DNA of 64,000 nt, from contig NIVC01001267.1 of assembly GCA_002269645.1 (NCBI GenBank), positions 1 through 64,000 on the forward strand. The letters are read 5' to 3'. The notes beneath the pieces are model-generated. The model was not told the origin of the DNA. It worked only from the letters and a program-made list of their open reading frames with translations, and made no database searches. This DNA is from Macrostomum lignano (lineage: Eukaryota). This document shows positions 21,682 through 33,318 of the stretch, piece after piece. Each line of letters starts with the position of its first letter. Within the stretch, counting starts at the first letter, position 1. Made by a program: the position numbers and the translations under genes.

Positions 21682-22494
21682 CAAGGGGTGTTTCAAAACT
21701 AACGAGAATTTTGTTATAACTTTTGATCGGATGAACGTACAATGTATGAACCTGAAATTTTCACCCAACAATTTTACACATATGAACAACTAACAGCTTT
21801 ATATTTTAAGCCTTAATATATAGCTGCACGCAACTGTGTAATCGTAAATGAAAGTCGCCTCGAGATTGAAAATTACGATTTTTGTCTATGGCAAAAAGAC
21901 TCAAATTTGAAGGCTTTTTATACTTCTGCTGTTAAATTTGGCTACTTCTCATAAGGGCCCACTCTCTTTCTGCTTTCTATGGGCAAAGTTGCTTGGGAAT
22001 AATCTTGCAGTTTTGAGCTGCATAGCATTCCTGGTTAAAGTTGCAATTTCTGACTGATGTGGCCACAGAATATTCTGTGAAAGTGGCTTAAATTTTTTCC
22101 GACTGAGACTATTGGATGGTCCGAAAATGTCGTGAGTTTTTTGGGAGGAGGGAATTAAAAAAAACTGGTGCATCGCTGCGAGAAAGGTATCCAGATGAAT
22201 GGCAGCTTTGTAAAGCTCGCTGAAATTGCTGAAGAAATGAAAAATTTTGCCGGATTTTTGACTTGATGAACACGTTCAAACTTGGTTACTTTTGCCATAG
22301 ACAAAAACCGTAATTTAAAATTTTGAGGCATGATATTTCGTTTACGATTACACAGTTGCGTGCAGCTAAGGCTTAAAATAAAGCTACATATAGTTGCTCA
22401 TATGTGTAAAATTGTTGGGTGAAAATTTCAGGTTCATACAGTACGTTCATCCGATCAAAAGTTATAACAAAATTCTCGTTACTATTGAAACACG
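21682..22494. mobile_element. Tc1/mariner-type non-autonomous element with ~220-bp TIRs
   Basis: TA|CAAGGGGTGTTTCAA...TTGAAACACG|TA; 21690-21915 is the reverse complement of 22275-22494. Confidence 0.8.
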
Positions 22495-23961
22495 TACCCC
22501 TTTCGTAAATGGAACCATCACTACTATTCATTTACTGTACATGGGGTGCCGGTCTTCTCGTCAATTTAAATAAAATGTCGACGATGTGACCTACAGTACC
22601 ATATACATGTACATGTACGAGTACATACTGTATCATGCAACGTAGTTACACACAGTCATACACAGTTGCAATTAAGAAAAAAGCTTCTGGTTAAGCACTG
22701 TTCCACTAAAATCTCTTACAGAGACTTTTTGCTATATCTTCCTACTCCCATGCATGTTTCACACAATTGCAACTTAATTTTTTTTTAGTTGAACTTGTCA
22801 AGTACATTATAGAAATGCCGAATGGGTACTGCTGCGCATGGCTATGTGACAATCGAGTTGGCAGTTGATGAGATGTTAGCTTTCGAATACTTGCAGTACA
22901 TACATTTATAAGAGACAGGGTAAAATCAATCGCGACTATAATTTCAATTAGAATTGACTAAATACTAAATTGATTTGAGTTCAACCTTACTAATATTCGT
23001 TTAACTGCAAGTTAAAATTTGCTCTCCAGAAGTTCAATTGGATACTGAGGAATGAGGAAAAATATTTGGTAAGTTGAGGTAATTAGTACACTGTGCAGAT
23101 AATGAAGCCACAAAATAGGGGAAGTGGCCGCCACCGCCTTTCGTAGAGAAGGCGAGTACGGTAACTGGGGCCTCTTAAAAAGTCATGTTTTGAGTTTACT
23201 GTACTATATTGCGTTTTAGCATGTAGGAAAAAATATATTGAATATTTCAGTTTTAATGTACAAACTGCCTGTAAATGTTTTAAAAAACCTTCTTTATTAC
23301 TTTCTGTCGATCTTAAGAATAATAGAACCACTTGTTGTGTTTAAAGTACACAAAGTTCTTAGAAAACTAAAAGATTCGAATTGAAACGAAAGGACACTCG
23401 GACCTATAACTACCGAGTAAGTAAGTAATAATAATACAACGACGATGCTTTTGTTTTTTTCATATCATCTCATCTGGGTCATTCAGACTCAGGGAAACCC
23501 ACCCAGTGCCTTTCTTTCTGCTTGACTGTATTCATATGGTTGCTCTCACATCATCTTGCATGATCATCGTCAAGTGACCTAGACCACGACCTGTAGACCT
23601 ACGCCGCCTATGCCAGCCTACTTAAATTTAAAAAAGTCTTACGTTATAAACTTATAAAAATATCTAACTAAGTGACTAGGTCTATATCATCTATATGCTT
23701 TCTGCGATGAAAAAATGTCTGCAGCTGTCAGCTGAATCTTTTAATGGCCAATGCCATTGCAGCGCAGCAGCATCACATGATCATACACATCATTTAACTT
23801 TACATAGGGTCACTACTGTTTATCCATTTATTTAAAGCAGTTGTTATTTGTCTGGTGACCAGACAAATAGCCTTTTTGCTATTTGTCCGGTTAAATTGCT
23901 AACACAAGTAGCCTATCTATTTGTTTAGTGATAATATTCTAGATTTTTAAAACCTTTTCTT

Positions 23962-24152
23962 CAGGGGTGGCGGAGCCTAATATTTGAGCGAGGGCACCAG
24001 GCACAGGGCAAGGGGGGCACAGGTACCTTTATAAGCTGCTAATTAGGACTTAAAATCAGAAAAAAACTAAAAATGACCACATGGACTCATTTTCTGGGGG
24101 GGGGGGGGAAGAGGACACATGTCCCCGGTGCCGCAAGCTTCCGCCACCCATG
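23962..24152. mobile_element. hAT-type MITE
   Basis: TIR CA(G/T)GGGTGGCGGA with a perfect 8-bp TSD CTTTTCTT (23954-23961 and 24153-24160). Confidence 0.85.
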
Positions 24153-24163
24153 CTTTTCTTGTA

Positions 24164-24453
24164 GGCAATGGCTAGAGTTCTGGCACTGGAACCCATTTTC
24201 TAACAGCTACGGATCCGGCAATGCCATTATAATATCAATGGAACATTATATTTTTCTTTCTACAGGTGGCTGATATTGAGATTTTGTTCTAGATTAAAAT
24301 TTAAGACGATATGATAAGATTCAGAATGAGATGCTTCTAATATTCAGACTTCTTAAGATATGTTCTTAGCAGTCTTTATATGCTTCTATATGGCACTGCC
24401 GGATCCCTAGCTATTAGAAAATGGGTTCCAGTGCCGGAACTCTAGCCATTACC
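24164..24453. mobile_element. Mutator-like MITE
   Basis: ~65-bp TIRs beginning GG(C/T)AATGGCTAGAGTT with a 9-bp TSD TTTCTTGTA (24155-24163 and 24454-24462). Confidence 0.8.
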
Positions 24454-25252
24454 TTTCTTGTATCCTAATTAATTACAAAATTTTAGTTTATACAGATTTA
24501 TACAAGTTTATACAAATTAATATTAATTAATTAATTCATATTTTGTTATTTGTTATAACTAGTGCAAACCAAGCAGTATATGTGTAATGCATATTGTATG
24601 CAATTTGGCATAATTTGGTATTATTTTAAATATAAGACATGTAAAAAAACTTGAAATCAAACAATTCAAACAATATTTGTTGTGATAACAGATGAATAAA
24701 TGAATGTATCCTTGGCTTGGAAAGAAATGTGCCTTAATTTATTCCATATATATTTGTATAATCTATTTGTACAATAAAAGTAATTAGATATATTATTTAA
24801 ACTAGATGGACTCAAGTTCTGAAACAACTATATGCTACTCTACAAATTACCATGGCACCTAAGAACCCTAACACCAAACATAGCACATTCGTGTTTCAAA
24901 TACAATAGGAATTAATATATACTGCCAGGTAATTCCTATTGTATGATACAGTAAAACAATAGTAATAAGGTACATATAATAAGGGGTCTCCCTAAAACAT
25001 GCCCTGCACCGCCCGACCACTACACATTATAACATTTTTTGTCAATGCAGTATTTGATTGCAGAGAAAAGTATTTGTTGTAAGAGTAATAGAATAAATTA
25101 ATTCAATTATCATTTTAAATAATAGCATTATTTTTCATTTTCTCGTTTCTATTATAAAATTATAGCATTATTATTTTACTAATATTACTATTGATATTGC
25201 TTATTATACACCGAATTGTATATTTCATAGTAAAAAAACTAAATTCGATACA

Positions 25253-26039
25253 GGCTCATTCCATATAAGATGGACATTTTTGGAAAATAGAAAAAAGTCA
25301 ATATTTTTGCTTGCCATTGCCTTATCAGCCAATTTTTTTACCAAATGTTTTTTATGTGTAATATCTACAATCTAAGAATAAATGAATGATAAAATGTTAG
25401 ATTAGTATGCTATCAAGTGGCAAAAAGTCATTTTTGTAAAAATTTAGACATTTTTCTAAGCAAAAGACATCATTAAGTTTGTGTACCTTTTAAAAACAAA
25501 TAGAAAGCTTTGGAAGGTTGAAACAAACTATAGATAAAAGTATAGTACTTGCATCATCAGATAAAAGTATTGGTGACCAAATAATCTATTATATTTTTAA
25601 TATATTGGTACCTCAAAGTTACTGAATTGACAGAAAAAAATATGTTACGACCATAATGTTACGACCATAAGGCTGCCTTTTCTTTTGTATCTTTGTTGCC
25701 TTTTTGAGTTTATATATTCTACAAAAAGAGTATGATTACTAAAGATGTTCTTAGTCAAATTTTAAAAAATGTATTGCAAAATATCAAAAATAAAAATGTT
25801 ATAAGACTTTTACCTTTTAGTTTCTATATGTCAAAAATCCTGTTGTTACGACCATAAGTGCCATTCAAGGTTTAATAGCATCTATACTAATGATGATATC
25901 TACATGAAACTCTATAAAAATATTTTTGACAAAATTATCTTTCATTTAAAATATTGGTTTAGTATGATCTATTATTATATTTCATTTTATAAGTAAAAAT
26001 AGCCTGTCATGTTACGACCATGCTTATATGGAATGAGCC
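25253..26039. mobile_element. Non-autonomous TIR element, superfamily uncertain
   Basis: TIR GGCTCATTCCATATAAG; 4-bp flanking direct repeat TACA; internal TGTTACGACCAT motif four times. Confidence 0.7.
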
Positions 26040-27182
26040 TACAAATTTGAAGCTTAACAGAGAACTAACTAACTTTGAAATGTCTTCAGTTATAGCCAAA
26101 TTTGTTATATGTAGCGGTTCAGGGCGGCGCGAGGTGTGTTTTAGGGAGGAAGACCCTATAATAAGTATCACAAAAAAGGAAACACACTCCTGAATAAACA
26201 CTAACTAAAATAATTCATAAATAATTTCCAGGATTCCAAGATACATTATAAAAAGTATACATTCAAATGATATACAAAAATACTTTATAGACATATACTA
26301 ATATACTAATAATTAATAATACATTATACTAATAATACTAATACCAATATACTAATAATACACTAATAACAACATAATAATCAAGATACAAGTTAGAAGT
26401 CTTTAAAGTCTAGGCATATCCACTTTTGTAGTTTCTATAAAATAGAATATCAATTTAATTGGACAAATAACAAAATGCCTATTTGTCTGGTATTAACCAG
26501 ATAAATAGAAAAAACATGGCTATTGTCTAATAACTAGATAAATAACAACTGCCTTTATTTAACTAATAGGCCAAATTCAATTGATAGAGTGATAATAATT
26601 TTAAACAAAAATGTGTTTAGTAGATATAAATAAAATTATAATCTTAGAATTTAGATGTGCTCATATTTCTAACGAGCTAGATTCTGGAAGTTTGATAATA
26701 TTGAATTTTTTTTAAATGTGATATTTTTTTATAATATACCCTAAATATAATACATTGGTATGAGACTTTGTAAGACTTAATTTAAAATTTGGACTTTATT
26801 AATTTTATAGGTTATATAAACCCAATAATTTGGAAGACTCTATATAGACCTTGGAAAAAAATTGTTTAAATTTTTGTATATACCAATGTAGCCTAGGCCT
26901 AATAGTAAATGTACTAGCAATCTACGCCCCCCGTTGGGGAGCTAAAGAAATGAAATACACGTTTTTTAATAAGCTACATGTAGCCTTGAAATCCTAAAAA
27001 ATCTCCTGTCAAACTTCTAATAGCCCTAACCCCAACCCTAAACATAACCCTAAATTTAATATTTTGTCCATGAGTTTTTGCATAATGCTTCTATGATTTT
27101 TTGCATGACGCTTCCATGATTTTTGCATGACGCTTCTATGATAAACATTTTTAATAAGCTACATGAGCTAAGTTATAAGCTA

Positions 27183-27607
27183 CCCTAACCCTAGCACTAA
27201 CCCGAATCTTAACGCTATAACCCTAACCCTAACCATATACCCTAACACCAACGCTAACACTAACCCTACAGCCTGACATCTGCATAAGTTTGTGAAGCGC
27301 TAGTAGTATTTTTTTAGCTTAGTATCTTAGCGTTGGGGAGCCAAAAAATGCAGTACAAGTTTTGTAATAAGCTACATGTAGCATCACTTTGCAATATCTC
27401 TCTGCAATATTTGCATCTCTTTGCAATAATATACTGCTTTGCAAGCAGTCCCTTGTAAGCCTTGACATGTCAGTAATTCCCCCCCCACAAGCTTTAACAT
27501 TTCAACTTCCTCTTGACATCTCAGCGATGCTCCCCAAAAGCCATGAAATCTAAAAAAATCTGTCAACTTTCTAACCCTAACCCTAACCCTAACCTAACAT
27601 AACCCTA
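27183..27607. repeat. Interstitial telomere-like (CCCTAA)n patches
   Basis: TAACCCTAACCCTAACCCTAACC at 27572-27595; degenerate runs at 27183-27270; others at ~27030 and ~31650. Confidence 0.7.
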
Positions 27608-28429
27608 AAGCATTGACATTTCAGTAATTCTCTCTAAGAGTCATTATAGCACTACTACAGCATTATAGCGATTCCCTGCAAGCCTCGACATTGTAGGGAT
27701 TCCCAAATGAATCTCTTAACTTCGACATGAAGCTTCTTATTTTTTACATTACGCTTTTTCTATCAGCGATCCCTCCCGTGAGGAGCCAACAAATAATGAA
27801 ATAAAGTTTTCAATAAACTACATGTAGCTTCTGACTTTAGCCTTGACATCTCATTTATTCCCCCATGAGCCTTGACATCTCAGCTATTCCCCTCGTAAGC
27901 CTTGAAATGTCAGCAATGCCCCCATAAACCTTGATATCTGAAAAATCCCCTGTTAACCTTGAAACCCGCTAAAATCTAACCCTCAACCCACACCGGAACT
28001 AAACCTAACTTTAACCCAACCTAAAGCCTTGAAATCTCAACAATTCTTCTCCCTTAAGCCTTGACATTTTAGTGATTCCTTCTTTAAGAATCACAGCACT
28101 ATAGCGATTCCCTCCAAGCCTTGACATCGTAGCAATTCCCAAATGAATCTTTTAACTTCGACATGACTCTTCTTTTATGTATACATAGTGCTTCTTTTCT
28201 TTTTTACATGACTCTTCTTCTATCAGCGCCCCCCCCCCCCGTGGCGAGCCAACAAAGAAGGTAATAAAAAAATTGAGTAAACTACATGTACTTTGAAGTA
28301 GCTTCTGACTTTTGCTTTGACATCTCAGAAACCCCCCCCCCCATAATCTCAGTTATTCTCCGTGAGCCTTGACATCTCAGTAATTCTCCCCAGCACAGCA
28401 CAATAGCTTCATTTAATTTTTACATGACA

Positions 28430-29770
28430 CTTCTTTCATGTCTGACATGACGCTTCTTTTGATTTTTACATGACGCTTCTTTTGATTTTTACATGACGGT
28501 TCTATGATTTCTTAAATGACACTTCCATTAGTTTTTATATAAGGCTTCTATGATTTTTTACATGACGCTTCTATGATTGTTTACATGACGTTTCTATGAT
28601 GTTTTTACATGACGCTTCTATGATTTTTTACATGACGCTTCTATGATTTTTTACATGACGCTTTTATGATTTTTACATGACGCTTCTATGATTGTTTACA
28701 TGACGCTTCTATACTTTTTTACATGACGCTTGTATGATTTTTTTACATGACGCTTCTATGATTGTTTACATGACGCTTCTATGATTGTTTACATGACGCT
28801 TCTATGACTTTTTTACATGACGCTTCTATGATTTTTTTAAATGACGCTTCTATGATTTTTAAATGACGCTTCTACGATTTTTACATGACGCTTCTATGAT
28901 TTTTCTACATGACGTTTCTATGATTTTTTACATGACGCTTCTATGCTTTTTGACATGACGCTTTTATGATTTTTTACATGACGCTTCTATGATTGTTTAC
29001 ATGACGCTTCTATGATTGTTTACATGACGCTTCTATGATTTTTTTTACATGACGCTTCTATGATGTTTTAAATGACCCTTCTATGATTTTTTACATGACG
29101 CTTCTATGATTGTTTACATGACGCTTCTATGATTTTTTAAATGACGCTTCTACAATTTTTTACATGATGCTTCTATGATTGTTTACATGACGCTTCTATG
29201 ATTGTTTACATGACGCTTCTATGATTGTTTACATGACGCTTCTATGCTTTTTTACATGACGCTTCTATGATTTTTTTAAATGACGCTTCTATGATTTTTT
29301 ACATGACGCTTCTATGATTGTTTACATGACGCTTGTATGATTTTTTTGCATGACGCTTCTATGATTTTTTACATGACGCTTTTATGATTGTTTACAGGAC
29401 GCTTCTATGATTGTTTACATGACGCTTCTATGACTTTTTTACATGACGCTTCTATGATTTTTTTAAATGACGCTTCTATGATTTTTAAATGATGCTTCTA
29501 CGATTTTTACATGACGCTTCTATGATTTTTTACATGACGCTTCTATGATTTTTTTACATGACGCTTCTATGATTTTTTAAATGACGCTTCTATGATTTTT
29601 ATATGACGCTTCTACGATTGTTTACATGACGCTTCTATGATTATTTACATGACGCTTCGATTTTTTTACATGATGCTTCTATGATTTTTTACATGACGCT
29701 TCTATGATTGTTTACATGACGCTTCTATGATTGTTTACATGACGCTTCTACGATTTTTACATGACGATTC
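28430..29770. repeat. ~23-bp minisatellite TTTTTACATGACGCTTCTATGA
   Basis: Direct tandem repetition with variable T-run length. Confidence 0.95.
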
Positions 29771-30884
29771 TTTTTAAAAAGTCTTTTAGTTTTCCTGACG
29801 TTGAAAAGCTTTAATTAAAAAAATTATACACTATGAAAATTCGAACCATCGTCGCTGCATTTAGCAGTTCAGTTTGTTCACCTCTAGGCTAGCTCTCATC
29901 GTTTTGATATCATCAAATTTTTCACTTATATAATTCAACACTCTAAAATCCAAGCATAGAGTAAATCACACGAAGCAGTTATGACATAATCAGTTTCTCA
30001 GTCAGTCAGTATCAGTTAACAATATGGTTACGCAATTTAAATCAAGTCTGGTGCTACGCTTCCACACTGAGTTACAATTCAGTTATGATGCAATCTATTT
30101 CAGAATCAGAATTCAACCAGTCAGTTTTTTTCTCTAGCATTCTTACGAGCTACAATACATTTCAAGTCGAAAAGTTTGCTTGACCTTTGCAAAAAAGCAT
30201 GTTTTTCGAATATTTAATGCCTTTAGCATCGAGCAATTTCTTAGCCACGATGCATGTACAGTCACGGGAAAATTTCTGATCGAACAGTGCAAGTTCGAAC
30301 AAAATCGGTCCAGCCATTTTTTCTCTAATCGATCACATAGACACAGACAGACCATTTTTAGTATATAGGACTAGCCATTTAGCCCCCCGCTGGGGAGCCC
30401 TAAAATGACACCAATTGGTTTTTATTTTGACACAAGAGTAACCTTACTATAATTATCCAAAATGTTGATTTCCATTAATCAAAAATTACCTTTTCTCATT
30501 TTGGCAAAAATAAATTGCCATGAATCAGAACTTTCATCAGCCAAAAAAGTTTCCTTCATCAGCCCAAAACCCTTTCTTAATCAGCAAATAGTGCTGATCC
30601 TTTCAAGCACAAACTCTTAGTGCATATCGTCGCTGGCCGGGGCATATTCTTATCCGCAGCAAATATGCAAATCACTGACGGCCTTAGACCCTCTCTTTTA
30701 ATTAGCCTAAATCAAAGAATGAAACCTTTAATAAATGCGCTGGTATTTCCTATTAGCAGAAATCAGCATCACTTGTGTGTACTATTTCAATATCTGAACT
30801 ACATGAGCTACTTCAGCCGTACTACCTGACTATCTGACAATCGCCCAACAACCTAACACCCCTAACAATTCAGCCATCGTCCAT

Positions 30885-32990
30885 GAGCCTTGTCATCTTA
30901 GCAATTCCCCCCAGTAAGCCTTGTCATCTTAGCAATTCCCCCCAGTAAGCCTTGAAATCTCAGCAATTCCCCAAGTAAGCCTTGACAAGAATTGCTAAGA
31001 ATTGCTAAGAATACTTAGCTAACAATTGCTAATACTTGCTAAGAATTGCTGAGAAGCCTCGAGATCTCAGCAATTCTCCCAGTAAGCCTTGAAATCTTAG
31101 CAATTCCCCCAGAAAGAATTCACATCTTAGCAATTGCCGCAGTAAGCCTTGAAATCGCTGCAATTCCCCCAGTAAGCCTTAGCATCTCAGCAATTCCCCC
31201 AATAAGCCTTGACATCTAAGGAATTCCCCCAGTAAGCCTTGAAATCTAAGCATTTCCCCAGTAAGCCTTGAAATCTTAGCATTCCCCCAGAAAGCCTTCA
31301 CATTTTAGCAATTCCCAGTAAGACTTGACATCTTAGCAATTCCCAGTAAGACTTGACATCTCAGCAGTTCCCCCATTAAGCATCGACATCGCAGCAATTA
31401 AACTCGAGCCTTGACATCTACGCAGTTCTCTCAGCTGAGTAAGCCTTGACATCCCAACAACCCAACTCCCCTCCCCAAGAATTCAGCAATCCCCTTATGA
31501 GCCTTGATATCTCTGCAATTTCTTCATAAGCCTTGTCAACTCAGTGATTCCATTCATGAGCTTTGATATCTTAGCAACTCCCATCTTAGCAAGTCTTTAG
31601 TTGATGGTTAACAGAGTGGTTATTCTATGATTGAACCAAAACTGACCCTAAGCCCCTAACCCTAACCCATAAGTGAGTCTTGGCATGTTAGCAATCTCCC
31701 CCGTGAGCCTTGAGCCTGAGCATTTAAGTAACTTCCTCATAAGCTTTGAAATCTAAATTTCACCGAAAGCCTTGAACTGTCAGCAATTCCCTAAGAGCCA
31801 AAGCATATAACTAATTCGCCCCTTTAATCTTTGAAATTCCTTGATGAATCATTTATGATTGACACGACGATCGCTCTATAATTAAACTCAAATCCTAACC
31901 CTTAACCTGCAGCCGAGTCACAGCATTTCAGCAACTCCCCCTCTCAGCCCAAGAATTTCAGCAATTCCCCAATGAGCTTTTAAAATCTTAGCAATTTTCC
32001 CATGAGCATGAAACTTTAGCGACTAACCTTTTGATATCTTGGCACTTTCACATGAGTCTTATGGTTGAAAACTAACCCTGCAAAGTCACAGCATTTCAGC
32101 AATTCCCACCGTAAACCACAGCATTTCAACAAATACCCAATGAACCTTGACATTTCGTGAATTTCAGCTATTCGCTTTAGGAGCCTTTGAAATCTCAGTC
32201 ATTCCCCCGTGAACCTTAGCATCTCAGCAATACCCAAGAGTCACAGCCTACAGCATTACAGGGATCCCCCGTGAGCTTTGAAATCTCAGCTATTCCCCAA
32301 TGAGCCTTGATATCTCAGCAACTCCTATTTGAGCCACAAAATTTCGGCATTATGAGCAGGTACTGCAATCACAACAATCCCCCTGAGCATTGAGCCACAT
32401 TATAATTCGGATATCCCCCACGAGCCTTTACAACTTAGCAATTCCCCAATGAGTATTTAATGTTAGACAGGCCTATTCATTTATATGGTTTACGTCTTAC
32501 TCTTACCCTAACAATGTCGGCAATTCCCTCAAGAGCCACAGCATTCCAGAAATTATTTCCATGAGCCTTGACAGCAAATAATTATAATGAGCCTTGATAC
32601 CTCAGAAATTTATCAAATGGAATTTGAAATCAAAGCAATTCTGCCCAGAATCACATCAGTATAGGAATTTCCCTCTGAGACTTGACAAGACATCTCAGAA
32701 TTTCTCTCATGGGCCTTGATCTGGCCCATGGCCCAGTAAGCCTTGAAATCTCAATAATTCCCCAGTAAGCCTTGACATCTCAGAAATTCCCTCATTAAGA
32801 TCGACATCGCAGCAATTGAACTTAAGCTTTGAAATCAAAGCAATTCTCCCCAGAATCACATCATTATAGCAATTACCGCTGAGCCTTGAGATCTTAGAAA
32901 TTCTCCCATGAGTCTTGATATCACAGAAATTTTCCATACCAGCCTTGACATCTTAGCAATTCACATTGAGTATTTTATTCTCGACAGACC
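30885..32990. repeat. Degenerate ~29-bp tandem repeat AGCCTTGA(C/A)ATCT(T/C)AGCAATTCCCCCAGTA
   Basis: Best conserved at 30890-31400; related units at 27370-28390. Confidence 0.85.
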
Positions 32991-33089
32991 GCTTCTTTTA
33001 TGGTTGACGACATGATGATTCTTTTGTCGCTTTTTCTTGTGTTGAGTTTTCTTCTGTTTAAAGTAGCATTTATTAAAAACTTACAGTGG

Positions 33090-33318
33090 TTTACCATCAC
33101 TTTAGCAATGATTTACCATCACTTTAGCGATGGTTCACCAGCAATTTAGCAATGGTTCACCAGCAGTTTAGCAATGGTTCACCAGCAGTTTAGCAATGGT
33201 TCACCGGCATTCAGCAATGGTTCACCAGCAGTTTAGCAATGGTTCACCAGCAGTTTAGCAATGATTCACCAGCAGTTTAGCAATGATTCACCAGCAGTTT
33301 AGCAATGGTTCACCGGCA
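33090..33318. repeat. 22-bp minisatellite AATGGTTCACCAGCAGTTTAGC
   Basis: About 10 tandem copies. Confidence 0.9.

Larger units (their letters stand above)
23836..26554. mobile_element. Old TIR element (Kolobok-like ends) hosting nested MITEs
   Basis: TTAA|AGCAGTTGTTATTTGTCTGG at the left end versus CTAGATAAATAACAACTGCCT|TTAT at the right; subterminal ATTTGTCTGG repeats at both ends. Confidence 0.5.

Noticed and set aside
3320-22640. Frequent TACATGTA palindromes
   Set aside because: Low-complexity motif scattered without positional pattern; no function can be supported.
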